From NCBI GenBank assembly GCA_963842525.1, contig CAWJGT010000003.1:1120001-1184000 (forward strand): a stretch of DNA of 64,000 nt, given 5' to 3'. The translations under genes and the position numbers were made by a program. The notes under the pieces are model-generated. The model did not search any database. It worked only from the letters and a program-made list of their open reading frames with translations, and was not told the DNA's origin. Positions within the stretch are counted from its first letter, which is position 1; each line of letters begins with the position of its first letter. The DNA is from an uncultured Holophagales bacterium. GTDB lineage: Bacteria; Acidobacteriota; Thermoanaerobaculia; Multivoradales; UBA5704. Below are positions 1 through 9,799 of the stretch, one piece after another.

Positions 1-2
1 GC

Positions 3-459
3 TTCCACGACGCCGGCTATTACTATCACCATGACTCCTGCCCGCTTGTGACCACCCACTTCTCCCACTACCGGGTCGACCGCTCCTGGGCCTTTTCGCG
101 CTACGCCCCGCGCTATGACCGCTATGACAGGAGTTACCGTGGCGACTACGGCCGCTCCGACCGGTATGACCGGCACGATCGTGACGACCGGTACGATCGG
201 CACGATCGGCACGACAGTCACCGCCGCTACGATCGTGACGACCGGTACGATAGGAACGACCGTCATCGCCGCGGCGACCGCGATGACCGGTACGACAGAA
301 ATGACCGTCGCCGCCGCGACGATCGTGACGGCCGGTACGACAGGCACGACCGTCGTCGCCGCGACGATCGCGCCGATCGCGACGATCCGTCGGCACGATG
401 ACCGTCGTGACCGGCGCGGGCATCGCGACCGGCACCGCTCGGGGAGCCGCGGCCACTGA
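3..459 (+). CDS. 3' part of a hypothetical protein with Arg/Asp/His-rich repetitive tail (5'-truncated by window; probable frameshift near 390)
   Basis: Frame open from position 3 (FHDAGYYYHHDSCPLVTTHF...), then ~15-aa repeats DRDDRYDRNDRRRRD; the same composition continues in another frame to TGA at 459. Confidence 0.6.
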
Positions 460-552
460 CCTCGCCCGTCCTGACTGCTGCCGATTCGCTCCCGAACGCC
501 ATCGCGGTCGGGGGCGAATACAGGGCTCCGTCAAAGTCGGCCGCCGCCCGGG

Positions 553-711
553 ACCCCTCCCCGTCCCTCCCCCGCGCGGCCCCCAGCCACCGCCCCGAGC
601 GGGAGAGGGCGCCCCCACCCGCAAACTCAACAATCACAGGTGTTTCCCCCTCTCCCGCTCGGGGTGGCAGGGTGGGGGACGCGCGGGAGAGGGGGCCAGG
701 GGGTGAGGGCC
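553..711. repeat. REP/MITE-like palindromic element, family A (degenerate copy)
   Basis: CCCCTCTCCC.../...GGGAGAGGGGGCCAGGGGGTGAGG ends match copies at 14631, 43291 and 46741. Confidence 0.7.
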
Positions 712-851
712 TCAAGCCGCTGCTACCACGGACTTTGACGGAGCCCTGGGGGGCGAATCGAGGTCGTTGACGAGGAGCCGCAGGAGGCGTAGCATCTTGT
801 AAGTACCCAAGCTCTTCAGGATGTTGGGCGCACTCGGCCCCGCGTTGCAGC

Positions 852-1616
852 GTGCGAATACGAGCTGAGTCCGTCGTCAACGTGTCGGAGCTGACGCGCC
901 GCTTCGGTGCCCGGACGGCCCTTGCCTCGGTGAGCCTGTCCATGTCGCGCGGCGCGGTCTACGGCCTCGTCGGCGCAAACGGAGCGGGCAAGACGACGCT
1001 CATCAAGCATGTCCTCGGCCTGCTACGGGCGGAAAGCGGCTCGGTGCGCGTCTTCGGGCTCGATCCCGTCGCCGATCCGGTCGGCGTCCTGTCGCGCATC
1101 GGCTACCTTTCCGAGGAGAACGACGTCCCCGGCTGGATGCGCGTTGACGAGCTCATTCGCTACTCGCGCGCGTTCTACCCCGCCTGGGACGATGTGTACG
1201 CCGAGGAGCTGCGGCAGAAGTTCGCACTCGACCCCGCGGCGAAAATCAGGAACCTCTCCAAGGGGCAGAAGGCCCGGGCGGGACTGCTCATCGCGCTGGC
1301 GTATCGGCCCGAATTATTGGTGCTGGACGAACCGTCGTCCGGTCTCGATCCCATCGTTCGCCGCGACATTCTCGGCGCCGTCGTTCGCACCATCGCCGAT
1401 GAAGGCCGCACGGTGCTCTTTTCGTCGCACTTGTTGGAGGAAGTGGAGCAGGTCGCCGATCACGTCACGATGATCCATCAGGGCACGATCGTGCTGAGCG
1501 CGCCGCTTCGCGAAATCAAGGAATCGCACCGCGTCGGCGAGCGTGTCCCCACCCTGGACGAGATTTTCGTCGCCCATGTCGGGAATGAGCCCGCAGCGCC
1601 AGCCCCGGAGGCGTAA
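852..1616 (+). CDS. ABC transporter ATP-binding protein (ABC-2/export type)
   Basis: Walker A GANGAGKTT, signature LSKGQ, Walker B LLVLDEP, SSH switch. Confidence 0.95.
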   Translation: MRIRAESVVNVSELTRRFGARTALASVSLSMSRGAVYGLVGANGAGKTTLIKHVLGLLRAESGSVRVFGLDPVADPVGVLSRIGYLSEENDVPGWMRVDELIRYSRAFYPAWDDVYAEELRQKFALDPAAKIRNLSKGQKARAGLLIALAYRPELLVLDEPSSGLDPIVRRDILGAVVRTIADEGRTVLFSSHLLEEVEQVADHVTMIHQGTIVLSAPLREIKESHRVGERVPTLDEIFVAHVGNEPAAPAPEA

Positions 1617-1619
1617 ACC

Positions 1620-4187
1620 ATGCGTTCCCCCGCTCTCGCGATCGCCTGGGAATTTCGCCAAGGGCATCGCTTCGCACTGATCGCGCTGGCCGGCTTGATT
1701 TTCGTTCTAGCGATGATCAGGCTCCTGATCCCCGGACCATGGGAGCCCATCGAGCTGGATACTCCCAATGAAACGGCAGCCCTGCTGATCTTGCCATTTT
1801 CGGCGACGTTCCTCTATTTCCTGGCGGTATTCAGCTTCGGCCTTGCCGGTGACCTGGCCGCGCGCCAATCGATCTATCCCGCCCGCATGTTCACGCTGCC
1901 GGTGACGACCACGGCGCTGGCGGGCTGGCCGATGCTCTATGGCGCGGCGGCCATGGCGAGCTTGTGGCTGGTCATGGTACTTGTACTGCTGCCGTTTGGA
2001 AACGACGTACCTCTGATTTGGCCGGGACTGCTGGCCGCGGTCTTTCTCGCCTGGACGCAGGCGCTGGTGTGGATGCCGTACGGTCTGCCGGGGCTGCGTG
2101 TGATCGTCGCCGTGTTGTGGCTGGTTTCGCTGGACGCCGCCGTTCTCCTGGCGGTCCATTACAAAGCCTCCGAGCCCCTGATGGTAGCGTTCCTGGCGCC
2201 GCAGCTTCCCCTCGCCTATCTCACCGCCTGCTATGCCGTTGCACGGGCTCGCCGCGGCGACGTGCCTGACTGGCGGGGAGCATTCGCCCGGCTCGGGCAG
2301 ATCGCCGATGTCCTGCCGCGCCGGCGAGACCGTTTTTCTTCGCCCGCCCGCGCTCAAATGTGGTTCGAGTGGCGGCGGCATGGCCGGCGGCTACCGGCAT
2401 TGATGGGCCTCCTTCTGCCGTTCGAGCTGGCCCTTCTTTTCGTCGCCGGTGACGACCGGCCGGAGCTCGTCTTCTACCCACTTCTCGGCGTGCTGCTCAC
2501 CCCGCCCTGCATGGCCGGATTCGCCGCCGCGACGGTGAGCAAGGCAAATTCCGATGTGCACGATTCCTGGGGCCTGACGCCCTTCGATGCGACGCGGCCA
2601 TTGACCAGCGCCGCGCTCATCGCCGCCCAGCTCAAAGTGGCGATCTGGAGCACGCTGGCCGCGTGGCTGCTGGTCCTCATCGCCATCCCGCTCGCGCTCA
2701 CCTTGTCCTCGACCTGGCCGGTGGTGATCGAGCAAACAACTCGGTGGATCGAAGACGAAGGGACGCTCCGCGCTGTCGCGATCGTGTTGCTGGGATTCCT
2801 GGGATTGTTGGGGTTGACGTGGAAGCAGCTCGTGCAGAATCTGTACATCGGCCTGACCGGCCGCGAATGGGTCGTCAAAGCGAGCGTTTTTTTCGCCCTG
2901 TCGTATCTCGTCGTCTTCGGGCCGCTCGTCGGATGGATCCTTTCTTTGTACGCGATGGCCTTGGCCACGAATGCTCTGCCCTGGATCGCTGCTGCCCTGG
3001 TCGGCCTCAAGCTGTCCGCTGCTGCCTGGATCGCCACACGCCTCCATCGCCAGCGGCTGCTCAACGACCGCACGCTGGTGACCGTCGCGGCCTGTTGGCT
3101 CGTCGCCGTGCTCGCTCTTTACGGCCTGCTCGCATGGCTCGTCACCACACCGCTCATCCCGCGCTACTTTCTGGCGCTGGTCGCGGTCCTGGCCATCCCA
3201 TTGGCGCGACTCTCCGCGGCGCCACTGGCGCTCGCGGGGAATCGGCATGGGTGGCCGTCGAGGACGGCGATGAATCCCAGGAAGCTGGTCATCCGCGCCG
3301 TGCTGGTTCTCGGCCTGCCTGCGGTGTCGGTCCTCCTGGCCTCGGTGTCCTACTACTTCCTGAATCGAACGAGCGGCGCCATGATCTCGTCGGGCCAGAG
3401 GCGGGAGTATCTGCTCCATGTCCCAAGCAGCTACGACCGCTCCAAGCCGGCGCCGCTCGTCATCAGCATGCACGGCGGGGGAGGATGGCCGGCCCATCAG
3501 ATGGACACGAGCGGGTGGAACCGGCTGGCCGACAGCCAAGGGTTCATCGTCGTCTACCCGGCGGGAAGTGATGCGCCCAGGGCCTGGAACGTGAACCACG
3601 GAGCCGGTCTCACGAGGGATGTCAGATTCATCTCTGAATTGATCGACACCCTGGAAGCGGCATACAACATCGACCCGACGAGGATCTATGCAAATGGGCT
3701 TTCCAATGGCGGAGGCATGGCTTTCGTCCTTTCCTGCACGCTGTCCGATCGGATCGCGGCGGTCGGGATGGTGGCGGCGGCTCACTCACTGCCGTGGAGC
3801 TGGTGCACGGACCCTCGACCGGTGCCGATGATCGCGTTTCACGGCACCGCTGATGCATTGACTCCCTACCATGGCGGTCGCTCGCCGGCTTTCCCGGACT
3901 CGAAGGTCTTGCCGAGCATCCCAACCTGGACGGCGAATTGGGCGCGAAGAAACCGGTGCGGAACGAACCCCGTCGAGTCTCTGGTCGCTGCCGACGTCAC
4001 CCGCCGCGAATACACGAGCTGTGCTGACGACGCTGCCGTGGTGCTCTACACGGTCCAGGGCGGTGGCCACACCTGGCCAGGCGGCAAGCCGATGCCGGAA
4101 TGGCTGGCCGGGTTCACCAGCAACGGCGTCGACGCGACGAGGGAGATGTGGGAGTTCTTTCGTGAGCATCGGCTTCCGAAGAAGTAA
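1620..4187 (+). CDS. Multi-pass membrane protein (probable ABC permease) read through into a PHB-depolymerase/LpqC-family esterase
   Basis: N-terminal ~540 aa hydrophobic with two internally similar halves; C-terminal HGGGG, GLSNGG, FHGTAD, GGGHTWPG esterase motifs; internal ATG near 3270. Confidence 0.8.
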   Translation: MRSPALAIAWEFRQGHRFALIALAGLIFVLAMIRLLIPGPWEPIELDTPNETAALLILPFSATFLYFLAVFSFGLAGDLAARQSIYPARMFTLPVTTTALAGWPMLYGAAAMASLWLVMVLVLLPFGNDVPLIWPGLLAAVFLAWTQALVWMPYGLPGLRVIVAVLWLVSLDAAVLLAVHYKASEPLMVAFLAPQLPLAYLTACYAVARARRGDVPDWRGAFARLGQIADVLPRRRDRFSSPARAQMWFEWRRHGRRLPALMGLLLPFELALLFVAGDDRPELVFYPLLGVLLTPPCMAGFAAATVSKANSDVHDSWGLTPFDATRPLTSAALIAAQLKVAIWSTLAAWLLVLIAIPLALTLSSTWPVVIEQTTRWIEDEGTLRAVAIVLLGFLGLLGLTWKQLVQNLYIGLTGREWVVKASVFFALSYLVVFGPLVGWILSLYAMALATNALPWIAAALVGLKLSAAAWIATRLHRQRLLNDRTLVTVAACWLVAVLALYGLLAWLVTTPLIPRYFLALVAVLAIPLARLSAAPLALAGNRHGWPSRTAMNPRKLVIRAVLVLGLPAVSVLLASVSYYFLNRTSGAMISSGQRREYLLHVPSSYDRSKPAPLVISMHGGGGWPAHQMDTSGWNRLADSQGFIVVYPAGSDAPRAWNVNHGAGLTRDVRFISELIDTLEAAYNIDPTRIYANGLSNGGGMAFVLSCTLSDRIAAVGMVAAAHSLPWSWCTDPRPVPMIAFHGTADALTPYHGGRSPAFPDSKVLPSIPTWTANWARRNRCGTNPVESLVAADVTRREYTSCADDAAVVLYTVQGGGHTWPGGKPMPEWLAGFTSNGVDATREMWEFFREHRLPKK

Positions 4188-4199
4188 CAAGGCCGCTTC

Positions 4200-5000
4200 A
4201 TGCCAGTCGACAACCAGCTCTACGACGACATGGCAGGCTCGTGGTGGGACGAGGCGGGCTGCCTGCATATCCTCCAGTCGTTCAGCCCGGTGCGGTTCGG
4301 ATACATCCGGCGGGTCCTGGACGAGCTGCGGATCGATTCTCGCGGCCGGCGGACGCTGGACATCGGCTGCGGCGGCGGACTCCTGTCCGAGGAGCTGGCT
4401 CGCCTGGGCTGCTCGGTCACGGGCATCGACCCTTCAGAAAAGTCGCTGGCTGCGGCGAGGGCCCATGCGCGGGAGGCGGGCCTCGCGATCGAGTACCGGG
4501 CGGCCTCCGGGGAACGGATGCCTTTTTCCGACGGGAGCTTCGAGATTGCCTGCTGCTGCGACGTCCTGGAGCACGTAGAGGACCCGCCGCGGGTGATCGC
4601 CGAGACGGCGCGCGTCCTGGCGCCCGGCGGCGTCTTTTTCTTCGATACGATCAACCGCACGTGGCGGAGCAAGCTGGTGGTGATCAAGCTCTTCCAGGAG
4701 TGGAGATGGACGAGCTTCATGCCGCCGGACCTCCACGACTGGAAAAAGTTCATCAAGCCGGCGGAGCTGACCGCCCTGCTGGAGAAGAGCGGCCTGCGTC
4801 CAGAGGGACTCACGGGTTTCCGTCCGGCGGGCAACCCGCTCCGCATCCTGCGACTCCTTCGCTCCCGCAAGCGGGGAGAGCTGACCTATGCGGAAGCCGG
4901 CCGGCGGTTCGACCTGCGGCCGAGCCAGGACACGAGCCTGCTCTACATGGGGCATGCAACTCGTATTGAGAGGAGGAGCTATGGCGTCGCGTCTTCCTGA
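4200..5000 (+). CDS. ubiG: UbiG-like SAM-dependent O-methyltransferase
   Basis: LDIGCGGGLLSE, DVLEHV, FFDTINRT, HDWKKFIKP motifs. Confidence 0.8.
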   Translation: MPVDNQLYDDMAGSWWDEAGCLHILQSFSPVRFGYIRRVLDELRIDSRGRRTLDIGCGGGLLSEELARLGCSVTGIDPSEKSLAAARAHAREAGLAIEYRAASGERMPFSDGSFEIACCCDVLEHVEDPPRVIAETARVLAPGGVFFFDTINRTWRSKLVVIKLFQEWRWTSFMPPDLHDWKKFIKPAELTALLEKSGLRPEGLTGFRPAGNPLRILRLLRSRKRGELTYAEAGRRFDLRPSQDTSLLYMGHATRIERRSYGVASS

Positions 5001-5886
5001 CGACACGCACATCGGTCGGGCCCGGCTGCGGGTGGCGGACCTCGACCGCTCTCTCGCCTTCTACCAGGGCGTCCTGGGCCTCCACTTGGCCGGTTCCGAG
5101 GGAAGGGCTGTGACCCTTGCGGCGGGCGACGAGCCGGATCTCCCGGACCCGGTCGAGCCGCGCGAATTGATGGTGCTGGAGGAGACGCCGGGGATCGCGC
5201 GCCGGCCGGTGCGGCCCATCACGACGGGCCTGTATCACGTGGCGTTCCTGGTGCCGAGCCGGCTGGCCCTTGGGCGTGCTCTCCTCGGCCTGCATGCCGC
5301 CGGCTATCCGCTGCGCGGGACGGCCGATCATGCCGTCAGCGAGTCGATCTACCTGGACGATCCGGACGGCAACGGCCTCGAGATCTATGCCGACCGGCCG
5401 CGCGCGCTCTGGCCGGTCGAGGACGGCGTGGTCCAGATGACGGTCGACCCGATGGACGTGGCCGGCGTGCTCGCCGCGGCAGGGGAGCGCACCGAGGCAT
5501 GGCAGGGGCTGCCGCGGGAGACCGTGAATGGGCACGTGCATTTCACCGTCTCGCACCTGGCCCCGGCAGTGGCGTTCTACTGTGACGTGGTCGGCTTCGA
5601 GGACGGCATGCGATGGCCGACGCTCGCCGCCGTGGCCGCGGGCGGCTATCACCACCACCTCAACCTGAACTCCTGGGCGGGGGAGGGCGCGCCGCCGGAT
5701 TCGGACCGTATGGCGGGGCTTGTCAGTTGGGAGCTCGTCGTGCCCGACGTCGAATCCCGGCAAGCCCTCGAACAACGCCTCGCGGCGGCTGGAGCGCTCC
5801 TCGGATCGTCCGCGGACCGCGTCACGGCGCGGGACCTGGACGGGATTCCTTTCGAGGTCGTGGGCGCGGTCGGCGTGGCCTCCTGA
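4981..5886 (+). CDS. VOC/glyoxalase family protein (CatE-like ring-cleaving dioxygenase)
   Basis: GLYHVAFLVP, DHAVSESIYLDDPDGNGLEIYADRP, GHVH, GGYHHHL; AGGAGGAG RBS before ATG 4981. Confidence 0.9.
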   Translation: MASRLPDDTHIGRARLRVADLDRSLAFYQGVLGLHLAGSEGRAVTLAAGDEPDLPDPVEPRELMVLEETPGIARRPVRPITTGLYHVAFLVPSRLALGRALLGLHAAGYPLRGTADHAVSESIYLDDPDGNGLEIYADRPRALWPVEDGVVQMTVDPMDVAGVLAAAGERTEAWQGLPRETVNGHVHFTVSHLAPAVAFYCDVVGFEDGMRWPTLAAVAAGGYHHHLNLNSWAGEGAPPDSDRMAGLVSWELVVPDVESRQALEQRLAAAGALLGSSADRVTARDLDGIPFEVVGAVGVAS

Positions 5887-6046
5887 GCGCCGGTTGGTTA
5901 TGTGGCTGGTTGAGGATCACGGCCTCATTGACAGTTTGGGACATGGTATACCCGATGAAAAGGGCTTTTGTGGCTTCCTTCCTAGCGAGAGCTTAGCGCG
6001 CTGCCGCGCGCAAACATCGGCCGGTGTGCCCGGAATGGGTGGCGGA

Positions 6047-6159
6047 CCTGGGAGCGCGGGCGTCCCGCCCGCCCGGACTCCCAGCGACCGTTGCCGGGCC
6101 GCCCCTTCGACGATAGCCCCAAATACCGGAGAGGCGGGCGAGACGCCCGCGGTCCCAGG
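6047..6159. repeat. REP-like inverted repeat element, family B
   Basis: CCTGGGAGCGCGGGCGTCCCGCCCGC ... GCGGGCGAGACGCCCGCGGTCCCAGG; second copy at 26420-26531. Confidence 0.8.
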
Positions 6160-6168
6160 AAAAGCCGC

Positions 6169-8467
6169 CTACCCGGCCCGCTTCAGCACCACCACGGTCG
6201 TGTCGTCCGGAGGCTCCTCCTGGCCGAGGTACTTCCTCCAATCGGCCAGGAGGGCTTCGAGCATCTCCGGAGCCGTGGCGTCGTGGACCGCGCGCAGGAC
6301 CTCGCAGCGGGCGGTCGAAGCCATAGGGAGCTTCGCTCCAATCGCAGGTCTCGATGAGCCCGTCCGAGCAGAAGACCAGGGCGCTCCCGGGCGGTAGATG
6401 GAAGACGTGGTCGCGGTAGACGCGTGGCGGCCCCTGGCCGAGCGGCAGGCCGGGCAGGGGGATCTCCGTGACGTCGCCGTTGACGGAGAGGAACGGGAAC
6501 GGGTGGCCGGCGTTGCTCAGCAGGACCTCGCCAGTCTTCGTGTCGAGGCGCAGGAGGGCCAGGGTCGCGAAGTTGCGCAGCGAGCCGCCGCGGCGGATCA
6601 CGCGGTCGACCTGCTTCAGGATCTCGGCAGGGGTCTTCTCCGGAGCGATCAGGCTGGTCAGCGCGGCGGTGGTCATCGCCTGGACGATGGCGCACGAGTA
6701 GCCGTGGCCGGCCACGTCGCCGGCCGCGACCCAGAGGCGGCCCTCGTCGTCGACCAGGAAGTCGTAGAGGTCGCCGCCGGCCTCGGTGGCCAGGATCGAG
6801 CGTGCGGCGATCTGCCAGCCCGGGATCTCCGGAGGGCTCTCGGGCAGCAACCCTTCCTGCATGCGCGCCAGCAGGTTCATCTCGTACTTGATCCGGCGCT
6901 CTTCGTCGATCCGCCGCATGAAGGCGGGCGGCCGGAGCCGTTCGGCCTCGACCCGGGCGGGACGTCGCAGGCCGACGAGCCCGAGCAGGAGGAACGCCGC
7001 CAGGGTGCCGGCCGTCACCCCGAAGGTACCGGGAAGCCAGTCCAGGTGGAGGGCCGAGAAGACAGCCGCCGGGAGCAGGAGGGATGAGATGGCGGCCGTC
7101 AGGAGAGCGGTGAGCCCATAGCGCCGGCCCAGGAAGACGAGCAGCGCATAGAGGAAGAAGTTTGCGGCGAGCGAGAAAACGTAGGGATCGAACTGGAGGG
7201 GAGGGGCCAGGACGGCGCCTATCAGAGCCGTCGCCCACGGCACCCAACGGACTGCCACCAGCCGGCGCGCCACACCGAGCATCAGAAGGGCCATGGCGGT
7301 GATCCAGAGACCATCGACGAAGGGGTGATGCCAGACTCCGAACACCGGCAGGCGCACGCTCGGGGCCTCAGGCCAGACGCCGGGAGCAGCCACGGCCAAC
7401 GCGGTGACGCCCAGGTTGAATCCGGCGAGAGCGCCGCCAAGGGCGAGCCCATGGAGCAGGGCGCGCCCGCCACGTGGGCCGATCCGGCCCGCCCGGAGCG
7501 AATCGAGGCTGGTGGTGAAGCCGGGGTCCGAGGTGCGCAGGAACGACTCCCCGACGGACCAGAACAGAAAGACCCAGCCGGCCAGCGCGACCGTGGCCAG
7601 GAGCGACATCGAGATCTCCTCCAGGCTCTGCTGCGCGACGAGGGCCGCCACGGTCGAGACCACGAGGACGGCCCCGGCGAGGATCGAGGCGTTCACCAAG
7701 TCGATTCGCCGGCGTGTCACCAGGACCAGGAAGAGGAGCGCCACGCCGATCGAGCGGAAGATCGGTGGCAACACCTTTTGGAGGAACCACGCCAGCGTGG
7801 GGTGCGCCCTTGCGGTCGAGGCCCGTTTGGCCTCACCGATGCCTCGCGTCACGACAATCATGTCGCCCGTGGTTCCGGGCGTGGAAACATGGCCGCCCGC
7901 TCCGCCGCGGACCTCGTAGAAAGTCACTGGAATGCCGCCGAAGGACCCGGGGCGCGGCTTGCCCAGCGATTCCCCCGCGGCCAGGAGGATCTCGGCGAAC
8001 GACTGCCGCAATGCCGCAGGGACCGGCTTGGCCAAGGACTGAGAGAGCTTCCTCCAACCGCGTGCGGCCCATTGCAGGGCCAGAGGATCGCCTTCCAGCG
8101 AGAAGTCAATCGCGAGATCGCGCGCTCTGCCTTCCTGCGGCAGAACCGCCTCCTGCACCACCTGGACGCGGGGTCCGACCCCCTGGAACACGGGAGAGCC
8201 CGGCCTCTCTCGGTCCAGGATCTCGGATGTCTGGTCCGAGATGTCCTCGGGAGTCAGGATTGAAACGCGGGGCGGCCCGGAAGCGAGGCGGGCCCCGAGC
8301 CGGCCGGCCAGCTCGCGGTAGCGCTGGACGTAGAAGCTCTCGTCCGGCAGGCCCCCCAGCCGCCATTCGGGGACCAAGGTCCGGGCCAGGGACAGCCCGG
8401 CCAGGAACAGCAGGCTTCCCAGGCCGACGGCGATCAGCAGACGTGTTGTTTCGGAGCGGGTCTTCAT
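6169..8467 (-). CDS. Membrane-bound PP2C/SpoIIE (RsbU-like) Ser/Thr phosphatase; frameshift near 6305
   Basis: TM region then GGDLYD, GDVAGHG, NAGHP, SDGLIE; the C-terminal DDTTVVVLKRAG* lies in another frame, stop at 6169-6171. Confidence 0.88.
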
Positions 8468-8586
8468 AGGGCGCCGCGCGGGCATCTCTAGATACGGTAC
8501 TCCAGTGCGGGAGTTTTAGGGGGACTTGGCTTGTGGTAAAAGGGTGAAGACCCGCAACGGGTCTCGCATCCGACAAAAGTCTCACT

Positions 8587-9768
8587 ATGAACCCTGAAGA
8601 GCTTACTGAAGCCCTGGCCCGAGAGAGCGAGCGCGTCGAGTGGAAGCAGTCGGCGAGCGACGCCAAGGACATCCTGCGCGCCGCCTGCGCCCTGGCGAAC
8701 GACCTCGGCGACAGCCAGCGTCCCGGCTATCTGGTCATCGGCAAGGCTGACGATGGCAGGATCGTCGGGATTCCGGGAGACCTCGACCAGGAGCAGCAAA
8801 AGCTCGTCAACCGACTCACATCAGCCCGGCTCTTCCCGACCCCGACGTTCAATGTGGAGGTGGTGGAGGTTGAGGGGAAGCCGATTTTTGTCCTGCGTAT
8901 CGACCCTTATCCAGTCCCGCCGGTCGTGACGCTCGACAGCTCGGCCTGGGTCCGCAAGGGGACGGTCACCGAACGAGCCAAGGATTCCGATCTCGTCAGG
9001 CTGCGGGAGAGGCGCCCTGAGAACCGCCAGCCGTTCGACTATCGGATCGTCCCCGGGGCCAGCCAGGACGACCTGCGTCTGACTTCGCTGCGGGAGATGT
9101 ACCTTGCCGCTCGGGAGGCCGATCACGACCCCGGGACCTTTCCCGAGCTCACGGATTGGCTGACGAGCCGAGACCTTGGGCGCATGTACCGGGGTGTCTG
9201 GGCTCCGAATGCGGCCGCGATCCTCCTTTTTGGCAAGCCCCCGCAGTCGTTCTTCCCTGGCGCTTTCGTCGAGCTCGCCCGCTATGGCGGCGCCGATGTG
9301 GACGCTCCCGTGATTTCACGGAAGAAGATCACAGGCACTCTCGCCGACCAGTTGGAAGCGCTCTGGGTGCAGCTCCAGGCACATCTGGTCGAGGTCCCGG
9401 CTCCGGCGGACGGAATCAGGACTCCCTACCGTTCCGAATACCCCCTGGAGGCTCTTCGCGAGCTGGCAAGGAACCTCGTCCAGCATCGTCTGTACGAGGG
9501 GACGAACGCTCCAGGAAGAGTTGAATGGTTCGATGACCGCATCATCTTCTCGAATCCTGGGGGGCCGTTCGGACAGGCCAGCCTGGGCGAGTTTGGCAGC
9601 CATGCCGACTACCGGAACCCCACCATCACCCGATGGCTCGTCGAGCTCGGCTACGTCGAGCAGCTCGGCCGCGGCATCCGCCTGGTGCGCCGGATGCTCA
9701 CCCAGAACGGCAATCCGCCGCTCGAGGTCGAGACCGACGGGTTCACGAGGGTTACGGTAAGAAGGTGA
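8587..9768 (+). CDS. AlbA_2 (Schlafen-like) domain + HATPase_c_4 (RecG C-terminal-like) protein
   Basis: RESERVEWK, ACALAN, GYLVIG; YPLEALRELARNLVQHRLY, NPGG, RNPTI, VEQLGRGI. Confidence 0.85.
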   Translation: MNPEELTEALARESERVEWKQSASDAKDILRAACALANDLGDSQRPGYLVIGKADDGRIVGIPGDLDQEQQKLVNRLTSARLFPTPTFNVEVVEVEGKPIFVLRIDPYPVPPVVTLDSSAWVRKGTVTERAKDSDLVRLRERRPENRQPFDYRIVPGASQDDLRLTSLREMYLAAREADHDPGTFPELTDWLTSRDLGRMYRGVWAPNAAAILLFGKPPQSFFPGAFVELARYGGADVDAPVISRKKITGTLADQLEALWVQLQAHLVEVPAPADGIRTPYRSEYPLEALRELARNLVQHRLYEGTNAPGRVEWFDDRIIFSNPGGPFGQASLGEFGSHADYRNPTITRWLVELGYVEQLGRGIRLVRRMLTQNGNPPLEVETDGFTRVTVRR

Positions 9769-9799
9769 CGCAAGCGGTTTGCTAGAATCCCCGACCGTC

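Noticed and set aside
5928-5952. TTGACA...TATACC promoter
   Set aside because: Spacer is only 13 bp and there is no convincing downstream gene
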